Source: a virus
Strand: one strand, 5' to 3'
Virus record (IMG/VR): IMGVR_UViG_3300020162_001876
Span: 46,999-110,998 of that record
DNA length: 64,000 nucleotides
The translations under genes were made by a program, and so were the position numbers. The notes under the pieces were generated by a model, which did not search any database, was not told the DNA's origin, and saw only the letters and a list, made by a program, of their open reading frames with translations. This document shows, in pieces, positions 30,584 through 40,575 of this stretch. Within the stretch, counting starts at the first letter, position 1; each line of letters opens with the position of its first letter.

Positions 30584-32524
30584 ATGGCTTTAAGATATCT
30601 TCGAACTAGTCTAAAGTCTCTCCAGTTCGGTAACGATACTCCTGGAGGTGGCTCTAGTGGTCTTCCATATATTAAAACGGGTTTACCTGAAGACTCACCT
30701 GCGGGTGAGTACTTAGCAGGAATCGCACGAAATAGTATGGATTGGCCGCTTAGAGGTGGGGCTTACTCAACTGTAGCGTCTACTATAGACTCGGTTAGAA
30801 TATCGCGTTTTTTAACTGATCTTCCTAGAGGATATGTATTTACCTCTAAACAAGTTCAATTACAAAAATCTAATCCTAAAATTGAGACAGGAGGTTTTGC
30901 TTCTAGATTAAATACTCAAACTTACAATTTAAATGCTAATTTACTAGCACAAGTTTTTGAACAAGGTACTGGTGTTCATATACCAAGACCGGGTGCTAAT
31001 GCTAATGAATTAGGGCCTGACAATCCTCAAGCTAAATATGAGTGGATTGTATCTCATAAAGACACAAATCAAAACAGATTAGTAGCACTTTATGGTTCTA
31101 AAATTCAACAAAATTCAACTGGATTATTTCTTGATTCTGCTGTAACTAAATTAGGAATCTCTACTGATGATAATATTTTATTTGATTATGAAATGGGACC
31201 TGATTCATTGTATGGAGATGGTAACACAACTATATTTAGAACTACAAATACTACTACAGCTTTTAAAGGGTATACTTCTAAAGGATTTATTAAAACTGGA
31301 TATAATCCTATTTTTAAAACATTATCTCAAGATACTCCTTATAGTTCAAGTTATATAGCGTCTTTATATAATACTTCTAATGTAGATGCCTTCATACAAT
31401 CATCTATAGTAGCACAATCATTTGGTATTCCTAGTAATGCCCAAACAGTAAATCTTATAAGAGATGAATTTAATTCTGAAGATAATACAAGTTATCAACA
31501 ATCATCTCCCGATTATATAAGGCCTGAATTTGTACCTGTAGGTACGTCTCCTATAAATTACTTTGGTAATACAATGGGTTATAGTGCTTTATTAGCATCT
31601 GAACCTGGTAAATTACAGGATTTTAGAACAGCTACTATAGATCTTAATCCTTTAGCTGAAGATTATACTGATTTTTATGTTCCAATGATTACTAGAATTG
31701 GAATAGGAAGTCCCGGAGCCAGAAAAGATAGAAGTAATCCTTATATTCCTTTTGCAGAAGGGCAGGATAAGATTAATATGTCTCCTATTTATAGAAGTGA
31801 TATTAATGATAGAGTTGAAGACGATAGCCCATCTGTTAGAGATTTAATTAAGTTTTGTATAGAAGTTATAGATAATGATAATCCCAATATAACAGATAGA
31901 ATGCATTTTAGAGCATTTATTACTAATTTCTCTGATGATATAGGAGCTGAATGGGATTCAAAAAAATACATGGGTAGAGGTGAAAACTTTTACACTTACC
32001 AAGGATTTACAAGAGAAGTAGGATTTACTTTTATAGTAGCAGCCCAGTCAGTTCAAGAAATGGAAAAACTTTACCAAAAAACTAACTACTTAGCTTCTAC
32101 ATTATTACCTGATTATCAATTAGGCACAGGATTTATGAGGGGTAGTCTTCATAAATTAACTATAGGAGAATATTTTTATAGAGTTCCTGGAGTTATTACA
32201 TCTATGAATATAAGTGTAGAGGACAATTATGCTTGGGAAATTAAAATGAAACAACCTGAATTAAGAAAACAAAATAATGATAAAGGGGTAGGTAAAGATC
32301 AACTTCAAATGGAAGTTCCGCAAATATTAAAAATTCAAATGCGTTTTAAACCTATAATGGGTAAATTACCACAAAAAGGTCTTAAAGAACCTGTCATAGT
32401 TTCTGAAGCTATAGCTAATAATTATTTATTAAGAGAAGATTTTAATTATGAATATAAGTTTCCTAAACCATCAGCAATAACTAATCCTACAGATTTAAAA
32501 GAAATTTCTCCAGAATTAAATTAG
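30584..32524 (+). CDS. baseplate/tube-initiator-like protein
   Basis: C-terminal HFRAFITNFSD, YMGRGENFYTYQGFTREV, LTIGEY tube-like domain. Confidence 0.6.
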   Translation: MALRYLRTSLKSLQFGNDTPGGGSSGLPYIKTGLPEDSPAGEYLAGIARNSMDWPLRGGAYSTVASTIDSVRISRFLTDLPRGYVFTSKQVQLQKSNPKIETGGFASRLNTQTYNLNANLLAQVFEQGTGVHIPRPGANANELGPDNPQAKYEWIVSHKDTNQNRLVALYGSKIQQNSTGLFLDSAVTKLGISTDDNILFDYEMGPDSLYGDGNTTIFRTTNTTTAFKGYTSKGFIKTGYNPIFKTLSQDTPYSSSYIASLYNTSNVDAFIQSSIVAQSFGIPSNAQTVNLIRDEFNSEDNTSYQQSSPDYIRPEFVPVGTSPINYFGNTMGYSALLASEPGKLQDFRTATIDLNPLAEDYTDFYVPMITRIGIGSPGARKDRSNPYIPFAEGQDKINMSPIYRSDINDRVEDDSPSVRDLIKFCIEVIDNDNPNITDRMHFRAFITNFSDDIGAEWDSKKYMGRGENFYTYQGFTREVGFTFIVAAQSVQEMEKLYQKTNYLASTLLPDYQLGTGFMRGSLHKLTIGEYFYRVPGVITSMNISVEDNYAWEIKMKQPELRKQNNDKGVGKDQLQMEVPQILKIQMRFKPIMGKLPQKGLKEPVIVSEAIANNYLLREDFNYEYKFPKPSAITNPTDLKEISPELN

Positions 32525-32545
32525 GTTCCATTAGGAACCTTTTTT
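32523..32545 (+). terminator. intrinsic terminator
   Basis: AGGTTCC-atta-GGAACCT plus T run. Confidence 0.75.
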
Positions 32546-32576
32546 ATTTTGCATATTTATATTAAAATGTAAAAGT

Positions 32577-32897
32577 ATGCCAAGTAGATACCAAATGATC
32601 TCTACAATGAAATCAGATACAGGTGTTACCTCAACCTCAGGTAAAACTATGTATAAACCAACTTATTACCCTAATATTGAAGCTCAATCTGATGATAATT
32701 ATATTTTAACAGGAGTAGCTGATAGGCTAGATAATATAGCTTTTGATTTTTATGGAGATTCCACTTTATGGTGGGTCATATCTATGGTTAATAATTTAGA
32801 AGGTGATTCTATTTATCCTCCATTAGGAATGTATTTAAGAATACCTAAGGATTTAGCTAATATTTTATCTAAATATAATCAATCAAATAATATATAA
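32577..32897 (+). CDS. LysM-like baseplate wedge protein (gp53-like)
   Basis: DRLDNIAFDFYGDSTLWWVISMVN...LRIP. Confidence 0.8.
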   Translation: MPSRYQMISTMKSDTGVTSTSGKTMYKPTYYPNIEAQSDDNYILTGVADRLDNIAFDFYGDSTLWWVISMVNNLEGDSIYPPLGMYLRIPKDLANILSKYNQSNNI

Positions 32898-32903
32898 TAA
32901 GTT

Positions 32904-35447
32904 ATGGCCGATTTAGATTACACTAATATCGCAGGTTCACCCTTTCAACCTTATGTTGCTACTCAAATAGAGAAACGTAAAGCTTTAGTTAATAAAGACT
33001 ATAGAAGTTCATCTGAACTAAATTGGTTATCTAATAAAAATGTTTGGATTAGAGTAAGTTCTGGAGCTAATGTTAAATATGGTAACATGGGTTATCAAGG
33101 ATTACAAGGAGACGAATTATCTAAAAAATACATCCTGCAAGGAGGATTATTAAATCATCTCCCAGGAGCGGACATCTACTCATTACGTTCAGGAATAGGC
33201 CCTGATGGAGCTTATGGTATAGGTGGAACTGATTTTGGTTTGACTCCTATGCCAGGTATGACTAACATTTCTATTAAAACTGGTGGTAAATTAGGTACTT
33301 TAAAAGAAACAACTATTGACTTTGTATGCCATAATATGGAGCAACTTAATATAATGGAAGCTCTATATATGAAATTAGGTTTTGGTTTATTAGTAGAATG
33401 GGGGCATACTTATTATATTGATAATAAAACTGAAAAAATAGAAAATGTTCCTCAACCCCTTCCTTTTTATGGCATTCATACCAAAGAAGAACTAATGGGA
33501 GCTATTACAACTCATAGAAAATTGCATAGTGGTAATTATGATGCTTCTTGGGGTACTATTAAAAATTTCACTTATTCTTTATCTAAAAACGGTACATTTA
33601 ATTGCCAAGTCCAATTAGTAGGAGCAGGAGACATTTTAGAATCCTTAAAAGTTAACATATCAGGAGATTATTCAGGTAGTGCTCCTACAGATAATGAATT
33701 ATCAGGTTCAATATATCCAGTAGTTTCAGATTTTAATAAATCATTATTAAATAAAGCTTTATATAAAATATATTCTAAAGATGTAATTAATGCTCCTGAT
33801 GATACTAGTGGTTTAGAAAAACTAGCTAATAAAGCAGCTGATTTTTTATTTGGAGATAATATAGTAAGGGATAACTATACTATAGAAACTAATATTAATT
33901 ATCTAAATTATATTCAACCTTTTTATTCTAATATAAATCTTAATTTATTAAATTGGGGTAATAATACAGAATTACAAAGAAAAGGATATCATTATAGATT
34001 AGTTAATGAGCCCGGTGTATCTACTAATTATGATGGAGATATAGATACTAAAGTACCAGCTATTACAGTTTCTAATTATTTCGCTCGATTAGTGATGGAT
34101 TACGAATTATCAGGAGAAGAAGAAGCTAATACTACAGATATTACTAAACCAGGTTTAGCTCAAGTGTATATAACTTTAGGTAATTTATTACTATTAATAA
34201 AATCTACAGGAATGTTATATCAAAGAAATGACGGGGAAGGGTCAGATAAACAACGTCCTTACATCTATATAGATGTAAACCCAGATACTAATAGATGTTT
34301 TACTTTCCAAGGACATTGCTCTTTAGATCCTTCAATATGTTTAATAGGTTCAGATACTTTACCATTTGGAATAACTTCTCAAGTATTTTATGATATAAGA
34401 GCTAATTTTCCTTGGCATAATGATAATTCAAATTTGGGTGGTAGATTTATGTGGACTTTAGTAAATGTAGATTGGGTAGCTAGTTTAATAAAAAAATGGA
34501 GAGCAAATGATAAAAAAGGAAATGTTTATTTTGTAGATTTAGTTAAAGATATTTTAGATGGAATTTCTAAAGCTACTGGGGGATATAATGAATTTAGAAT
34601 TGTACCTGATGATGATTCAAGATGTGTAAGAATACTAGATGATAGAAGAATGATAAATCCTGGGGCAACTATTCCTGATAATTATTATACTGAAATACCT
34701 ATATTAGGTAAAAGAAGTATAGTTTATGATTTTAATTATACTTCTAAAATTGCACCTAATACTGCTGCTATGATTGTAGTAGCTGCCCAAGCACAACCTT
34801 ATGGAGTTCAAGGAACCGAAAACGCCTTAGCTTTTTCTCATTTAAATAAAGGATTATATAATAGATTAGATACAGTAGTAGTAGATTCGGGGACTGAAAG
34901 TAATAAAAATACTAATCCTAATAGTAATGTTATTGAAAGATATGTTGAATTAAGAGATTTTATAAAAGAAATTTACAGCGGGGAAGGAGGAGTTAACGCC
35001 ATATCTGATCCTAATGAAGCTAATAAAATATTAGAACAAAACGAAGCATCAGGTTCAGTAAATTCAGCTTTAGTAAAAGAAGCATTACCTACAGCCTTAA
35101 AAACTCTTTACTTTGAATTAGTAGCTGAAGCTACAAAAATTGACTCTAATTTTGCAAATACTGAAGAAGCAGTGGCTTTACAAAACTCATATAATGATGC
35201 TCTTAAATGGTTGCAAAATTCTAAAGCAGAAGATTTAGTAGATAGATTAGAATCCTATAAAATCCTATCAGAGTCTACTAAAAAATATAGATATTTAGTA
35301 GCCGATATAATATCAGGTCCTGGTTCAGTAGTAGGAAGTTATCCTACTAGATTTTATAAATCTCCTAATACTTTAGATAGTGATATAGAAAGTGCTTGGG
35401 AAGCATATATTGATAAAATATTTGTAAATTCTAAATCTAATTTCTAA
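32904..35447 (+). CDS. baseplate hub-like protein
   Basis: PMPG, LVEWGH, GNYDA motifs; position. Confidence 0.55.
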   Translation: MADLDYTNIAGSPFQPYVATQIEKRKALVNKDYRSSSELNWLSNKNVWIRVSSGANVKYGNMGYQGLQGDELSKKYILQGGLLNHLPGADIYSLRSGIGPDGAYGIGGTDFGLTPMPGMTNISIKTGGKLGTLKETTIDFVCHNMEQLNIMEALYMKLGFGLLVEWGHTYYIDNKTEKIENVPQPLPFYGIHTKEELMGAITTHRKLHSGNYDASWGTIKNFTYSLSKNGTFNCQVQLVGAGDILESLKVNISGDYSGSAPTDNELSGSIYPVVSDFNKSLLNKALYKIYSKDVINAPDDTSGLEKLANKAADFLFGDNIVRDNYTIETNINYLNYIQPFYSNINLNLLNWGNNTELQRKGYHYRLVNEPGVSTNYDGDIDTKVPAITVSNYFARLVMDYELSGEEEANTTDITKPGLAQVYITLGNLLLLIKSTGMLYQRNDGEGSDKQRPYIYIDVNPDTNRCFTFQGHCSLDPSICLIGSDTLPFGITSQVFYDIRANFPWHNDNSNLGGRFMWTLVNVDWVASLIKKWRANDKKGNVYFVDLVKDILDGISKATGGYNEFRIVPDDDSRCVRILDDRRMINPGATIPDNYYTEIPILGKRSIVYDFNYTSKIAPNTAAMIVVAAQAQPYGVQGTENALAFSHLNKGLYNRLDTVVVDSGTESNKNTNPNSNVIERYVELRDFIKEIYSGEGGVNAISDPNEANKILEQNEASGSVNSALVKEALPTALKTLYFELVAEATKIDSNFANTEEAVALQNSYNDALKWLQNSKAEDLVDRLESYKILSESTKKYRYLVADIISGPGSVVGSYPTRFYKSPNTLDSDIESAWEAYIDKIFVNSKSNF

Positions 35448-36421
35448 TGGCTTTAATTTTAGATCTCGGAAAAACAGATTCATGTTTAAATACTTATAGA
35501 GAAGTATTCTCTGATCCTTATAAATCAGGAGATGATAACTCCTTCAATGCTGGGGTTATATTACCTTTAGATTTTAGTTTAGAAATGGATGGATTAAGTG
35601 GAATAATCCCTCATTCGGCCTTTGTAATCCCTTCAAATTCATTACCACAATCATATCTAATCCAATCAGGTTCTGAAGCTGGTAAACAAAAAATTGCTTT
35701 TATTCTTCATACAATAGATCAAAATTTTAATAATAATAAATGGACAACTAAAATTACAGGACAAACTCTTAATATTAGATTTGAACCACTAACTGAAGAA
35801 GAAAAGGCAGCTATTAAAAAAGCTCAAGAAGCTAATAAAGAACCAAGTTTATCAGATTATGGAAGTGCTGGAAATCAAACTTCTAGTAAAAATAAACAGG
35901 TAGCTTATGATAAAATGGAAGCTACATTCCCTGGATTTAAAACTAAATTAAAACAAGTAGCAGCTAATATAGGAGTGACAGAAGATATCTTAACTACAGT
36001 AATGTACAAAGAATCGGGTATAAGAACCAATATCAGAAATAGTATAGGGTGTGTAGGATTAATTCAATTTTGTCCTGATAAAGGAGGAGGAATTACTAAA
36101 ACTATAAGTGGTAAAACTTATAATCTATCATTTGTTCAAAATATGAATGGTTTAGATCAATTAGATGTAGTTGAAAGATACTTTAAAGCTTTAGGTTTTA
36201 ATAGTAGTAAAAATTCTAATGCTGGTGAGTTATATGGAGCTACTTTTTATCCTATTTCTAAAGGAAAACCTCAAAATTGGATTATGGGTAGTGAAAAAAG
36301 TGCAGAGTATGCTATCAAAGTAGCCACTCAAAATCCTGGCATAACTAAATTTAGTACTGCTAGATTAAATGGTCAAACTGTAATTGATAAAGCAGCATTT
36401 GAGAAATATGTTTATTCTTAA
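35447..36421 (+). CDS. hub C-terminal segment fused to lytic transglycosylase-like domain
   Basis: MYKESG and VGLIQF lysozyme-fold motifs; N-terminal LPLDFSLEMDGLSGI. Confidence 0.65.
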   Translation: MALILDLGKTDSCLNTYREVFSDPYKSGDDNSFNAGVILPLDFSLEMDGLSGIIPHSAFVIPSNSLPQSYLIQSGSEAGKQKIAFILHTIDQNFNNNKWTTKITGQTLNIRFEPLTEEEKAAIKKAQEANKEPSLSDYGSAGNQTSSKNKQVAYDKMEATFPGFKTKLKQVAANIGVTEDILTTVMYKESGIRTNIRNSIGCVGLIQFCPDKGGGITKTISGKTYNLSFVQNMNGLDQLDVVERYFKALGFNSSKNSNAGELYGATFYPISKGKPQNWIMGSEKSAEYAIKVATQNPGITKFSTARLNGQTVIDKAAFEKYVYS

Positions 36422-36427
36422 TAAATT

Positions 36428-37024
36428 ATGAAATACTTTCCAAAATCAAGAGTAATAACTAACCAAAAATCATCCCCAGGTCAATTTAAAACAACTAATG
36501 GGGATGAATATAATGGGCTCTATTATACTACATTTAAAGGAGAATCATTCACCGGAGAAAGTCCTACTAATGGTTTTTCAGCTCCCTTAACTGATACCCC
36601 TCCGGTAGCTAGTTTCGATTTTAGTAATCCTACAATTGAAAATTATAAACAATTAAAACCTGTTAATATTAATTTAGTTGATCCTACCCCTTTTACTCCA
36701 CGTCCTACTGAAGAAGATTATAGAATTGGTAAAATAACAAGATATTTTGCTAGACAAAGAAATGGCACTACCTTTAGGTTAATGGAAATTGATAAAGCAA
36801 CATATAATGCTTTTGCAAATGGTGTTGGTAATGCTAATACTTCATTATGGAAAGTAGTCTCAATATTTTGGCAGATATCAGGTCCACTTTATAATGAGAA
36901 AACAAATAATATAACAATTAGAGCTGGTATAATAGATACTAATCAAAGAATATTAGATAAAACTGAACCTAATTTTATTGGTATAAAACAGTATTTAACT
37001 GATTTAAAACAATTTTCAAGATAA
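36428..37024 (+). CDS. hypothetical baseplate-region protein
   Basis: 198 aa, PTEEDYRIGKITRYF. Confidence 0.5.
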   Translation: MKYFPKSRVITNQKSSPGQFKTTNGDEYNGLYYTTFKGESFTGESPTNGFSAPLTDTPPVASFDFSNPTIENYKQLKPVNINLVDPTPFTPRPTEEDYRIGKITRYFARQRNGTTFRLMEIDKATYNAFANGVGNANTSLWKVVSIFWQISGPLYNEKTNNITIRAGIIDTNQRILDKTEPNFIGIKQYLTDLKQFSR

Positions 37025-37089
37025 TTAAAAAATTAAATATTTATAATAAACTAGTTTTTTAATAATAGTTAAACATAAATAATTAAAAT

Positions 37090-37782
37090 ATGTCTCATAT
37101 CAAATTGCAAGATCTTCTTAATGAAATCGATTGGATAATTAACTCTAAAACAGCCTCTAGTGGAGGAGGTGGTAAAAGATTTATCCCTACAGAAGGAAAA
37201 GTTCCTAGTAAAGTATTTACAAGTTTACCTGACCATTTTAAATTAAGAGGAAGTAGAGTATTAATATCTCCTGATGCTATTATTGCTATAAATTCTATCC
37301 AAAGAGGTAGAGGTGGGGCGACTAATTATAAAGAATTAGTAGGCAAAATCCAACAAGCTTTTGCTGTAAAAAGAGAAAAAGCAGACCTTAATATAGGACC
37401 CGCAGATACTACTAGTGATTTATCTACTTTTAAAAAAGGATTAATAGGTAGACTAGACTCAGCTGTTATAAATGGTAAAGAATTTAAAGTATGGAATGGA
37501 GAAGGTAAAGCTAAAGAAGATGGTAGTTTTATATTTCCATTAAGTCAATTTAAAACTTCTTCCTTACAAGAAAATGAAGAAGGTCTTACTTCACAACTAT
37601 ATACCCTTATTAGTAATGAAATGAGATTAGGTAAAAGAGCAAATATGACTGGGGCATCCCATCATATAGAAGAACATGAAAAAGCAGAAAAAGCAGTTGA
37701 AAATTTTCTTAGAATGAACCCATCTATGGAAGAACAACGAGATAGAATTGAAGATCATTTTTATAAACAACTATTTAAATAA
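37090..37782 (+). CDS. putative internal head protein
   Basis: N-terminal IKLQDLLNE leader; ATATTTAT upstream. Confidence 0.5.
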   Translation: MSHIKLQDLLNEIDWIINSKTASSGGGGKRFIPTEGKVPSKVFTSLPDHFKLRGSRVLISPDAIIAINSIQRGRGGATNYKELVGKIQQAFAVKREKADLNIGPADTTSDLSTFKKGLIGRLDSAVINGKEFKVWNGEGKAKEDGSFIFPLSQFKTSSLQENEEGLTSQLYTLISNEMRLGKRANMTGASHHIEEHEKAEKAVENFLRMNPSMEEQRDRIEDHFYKQLFK

Positions 37783-37802
37783 AATCTTAAATAATAAATT
37801 AA

Positions 37803-37834
37803 TTTGGCTCCTATAAGGAGCCTTTTTATATTTA
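37803..37834 (+). promoter_or_regulatory. early-type promoter TTTGG-N19-TATATTTA with embedded hairpin
   Basis: Same spacing at 11 sites; resembles Bacteroidota -33 TTTG / -7 TAnnTTTG consensus. Confidence 0.75.
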
Positions 37835-37853
37835 ATTAAATAAAGGTTATAAT

Positions 37854-39185
37854 ATGTTTTATATAGTAGAATCACAAGAGCAATTATCGCAATTACATCC
37901 ACAAGAAAGTTGTTATATTAATACAATCCCATTATCATCTAACTACCACCCAGTATTAACTGAAGTATCATTAATTTATTATAAACCAAAATATGGTAAG
38001 GGATTAGTATTTACTATAAATCACAGTGAGGGATTTTACTTAAGTTTAGATAAAGTAAAAGAATTTATTTTAAACCATAAAATAATTTATGTTTTAGATA
38101 AAAAAACCACTTCTCATTTAATAGGAGAGGAATTTTTACAAAGTAAAGTACAAGATATTAATTTATTGTCATTACACGCCTCCCCAATCACTCCGTATAT
38201 ACAAGATTGTGAAACAAGCATTCACACTCATTTCCAAAGACTTTATAAGGATAAACCATATTTAAACTCTATTATTCCTATTTGTAAACATTATGACACT
38301 CAAGAAAAAATTTATAATGTAATACAAGAATGGGTAGAAAAACAACATGAAATCAAGTATTATAACGAGGAATATATTAAAGTGTTCTATCACATCGAAA
38401 AGCAAGGTATAACGTTAGATTTACCGGTTTTTAATGAAAGTTTTAATTTAAGTAATCCTAAATTTAATATAAAAGATGATAAAATTTATACACAATTTAA
38501 CTTAAATAATTTTACTTCTCGTCCTTCAAATTCATTTAATGGAATAAATTTTGCAGCTTTAAATAAACATAATGGACAACGAGCCTCTTTTATACCTCAA
38601 AATGATTACTTATTTGAATTTGATTATGATTCATATCATCCTCGTATTTTAGCTAAATTAATTGGATATGAATTTGAGGAAGAATCAGTTCATACTCATT
38701 TAGGGCAAATGTATTTTAAAACCAATATATTAACAGAGGAACAATACCAACAATCTAAAGAGTTAACATTTAAACAACTATATGGAGGGGTTTTTGAACA
38801 ATATAAAGATATTCCATATTTTGCTAAAATTATCCAATATACTGATAAAATATATAAAGATTTTAATTCCCTGGGATATATTGAATTAATAGGAGGGAGA
38901 AAACTATATAATATAGAAAATGCAACTCCACAAAAACTATTAAATTATATAATACAATCAGGAGAAACTTTTTATAATGTAAATTCTATAAAGAAAGTAT
39001 TAGAATATTTGGAGAATAAAAAAAGTAATATTATCTTATATACCTACGATTCTATATTAATAGATTATGATAAAGAAGATGGAAAAGAAACTCTAAAAGG
39101 TATTAGAAATATATTAGAAAATAGTTTTGGATTTAAAATAAACGCTAGTTATGGGACAAATTACAATAATTTAACAAAAATATAA
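37854..39185 (+). CDS. compact family A DNA polymerase
   Basis: Motif A FDYDSYHPRI, motif B SKELTFKQLYGG, LNYIIQS, motif C YTYDSILI. Confidence 0.8.
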   Translation: MFYIVESQEQLSQLHPQESCYINTIPLSSNYHPVLTEVSLIYYKPKYGKGLVFTINHSEGFYLSLDKVKEFILNHKIIYVLDKKTTSHLIGEEFLQSKVQDINLLSLHASPITPYIQDCETSIHTHFQRLYKDKPYLNSIIPICKHYDTQEKIYNVIQEWVEKQHEIKYYNEEYIKVFYHIEKQGITLDLPVFNESFNLSNPKFNIKDDKIYTQFNLNNFTSRPSNSFNGINFAALNKHNGQRASFIPQNDYLFEFDYDSYHPRILAKLIGYEFEEESVHTHLGQMYFKTNILTEEQYQQSKELTFKQLYGGVFEQYKDIPYFAKIIQYTDKIYKDFNSLGYIELIGGRKLYNIENATPQKLLNYIIQSGETFYNVNSIKKVLEYLENKKSNIILYTYDSILIDYDKEDGKETLKGIRNILENSFGFKINASYGTNYNNLTKI

Positions 39186-39194
39186 ATAAAAATT

Positions 39195-39662
39195 ATGATT
39201 AATACACAGGTTATAGATCCTTCATATATTTATTTCAAATACGACATTGATGTCACATGCCCTGATTTAAAAGATATGAATAAATTATTTTGCACATTTT
39301 CTAGCAAAAATGACTTAGAGGAAACTCTTTCAAAAATACAATCTCAATACAAAATTTTATTTAGTAAAATATTTGTACTATACATAGAATCTACTGAGGA
39401 ATATGTTTGTACTTATAATATAGATCATAATAATATGACTAATAACTTATTATATAATACTATTTTATTACATAGAAAGAAAGAAAGTAATACTCTTTAT
39501 ACTATTAATGCTTTAAATGATTTGATTAAATCATTAAATGGTGGTGTGTTAGATAATAGTTTTATGATTAATTGGAGAGATTATCAAAATAGTATATTAC
39601 TTACTCATACAGGAGCATTGAAAAAACTTGATACTAAGATTTACAAAATAATCACTTTATAA
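39195..39662 (+). CDS. hypothetical replication-block protein
   Basis: 155 aa between polymerase and SSB, LHRKKESNTLYTINALN. Confidence 0.6.
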   Translation: MINTQVIDPSYIYFKYDIDVTCPDLKDMNKLFCTFSSKNDLEETLSKIQSQYKILFSKIFVLYIESTEEYVCTYNIDHNNMTNNLLYNTILLHRKKESNTLYTINALNDLIKSLNGGVLDNSFMINWRDYQNSILLTHTGALKKLDTKIYKIITL

Positions 39663-39667
39663 AAACA

Positions 39668-39699
39668 TTTGGCTTCCTTAGGAAGCCTTATTATATTTA
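39668..39699 (+). promoter_or_regulatory. early-type promoter TTTGG-N19-TATATTTA with embedded hairpin
   Basis: tttggcttccttaggaagccttattatattta. Confidence 0.75.
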
Positions 39700-39740
39700 C
39701 GAATACAAATTAGTTTTAACATTTTAAATTTAAAAAAGTT

Positions 39741-40568
39741 ATGAATTTAGACTTGATTCAAAACAAGCTTAATGAATTGTCTGCACCTAAAGGGGGAGGA
39801 CAAAAAACAAACGATAAAGCACTTAGCTTTTGGAAACCACCTGTTGGGAAAGCCTTAGTAAGGTTTGTACCTTCAAAATTTAATCCTGAAAATCCATTTA
39901 GAGAATTATACTTCCATTATGGTATAGGGAAAAGAACAATTATTTCACCTTCAAACTTTGGTGAAAAAGATCCAATTATTGAATTTGCAAAAGAGCTTCG
40001 CAAAACTAAAGAACCTGAAAACTGGAAATTAGCTAAAAAACTTGAACCTAAAATGAGAGTTTTTGCCCCTGTTATTGTTAGAGGTGAAGAAGAAAAAGGA
40101 GTTCGTTTATGGGAATTTGGTAAAGAAATTTACCAATCATTATTATCACTAGCAGCTGATGAGGATATCGGAGATTTCACAGATGTGATGGAAGGTAGAG
40201 ATATGAAAGTTGAAACAGTAGGTCCTGAAACTACAGGAACTGATTATAATAAATCTCGTATTATGCCTGCTCTTAAAACTTCACCATTATGTAATGACAA
40301 TAGTGAATTAACTAAATGGTTAGAAACTCAACCAGATCCAACTTCATTCTCTAAAAAGTATACTTTTGATGAGATTAAACAATTTTTAGCTGAATGGTTA
40401 AATCCTGAAGAAGAAACTAAAGAAGAAGGAAGTATTATAGATGGTCCTGCTACAGATTTCGAACCATCTACTCCAGTAGAATCTAAATTTGAATTAGATA
40501 CTAAACCAAAAGCTAAAAGGGAAATTCCAACAGCAGATGAGTTTGAGGATTTATTTAACGAAGACTAA
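39741..40568 (+). CDS. single-stranded DNA-binding protein (gp32-like)
   Basis: FWKP, VRFVP, LWEFGKEIY, acidic C-terminal tail. Confidence 0.8.
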   Translation: MNLDLIQNKLNELSAPKGGGQKTNDKALSFWKPPVGKALVRFVPSKFNPENPFRELYFHYGIGKRTIISPSNFGEKDPIIEFAKELRKTKEPENWKLAKKLEPKMRVFAPVIVRGEEEKGVRLWEFGKEIYQSLLSLAADEDIGDFTDVMEGRDMKVETVGPETTGTDYNKSRIMPALKTSPLCNDNSELTKWLETQPDPTSFSKKYTFDEIKQFLAEWLNPEEETKEEGSIIDGPATDFEPSTPVESKFELDTKPKAKREIPTADEFEDLFNED

Positions 40569-40575
40569 TTAATTT

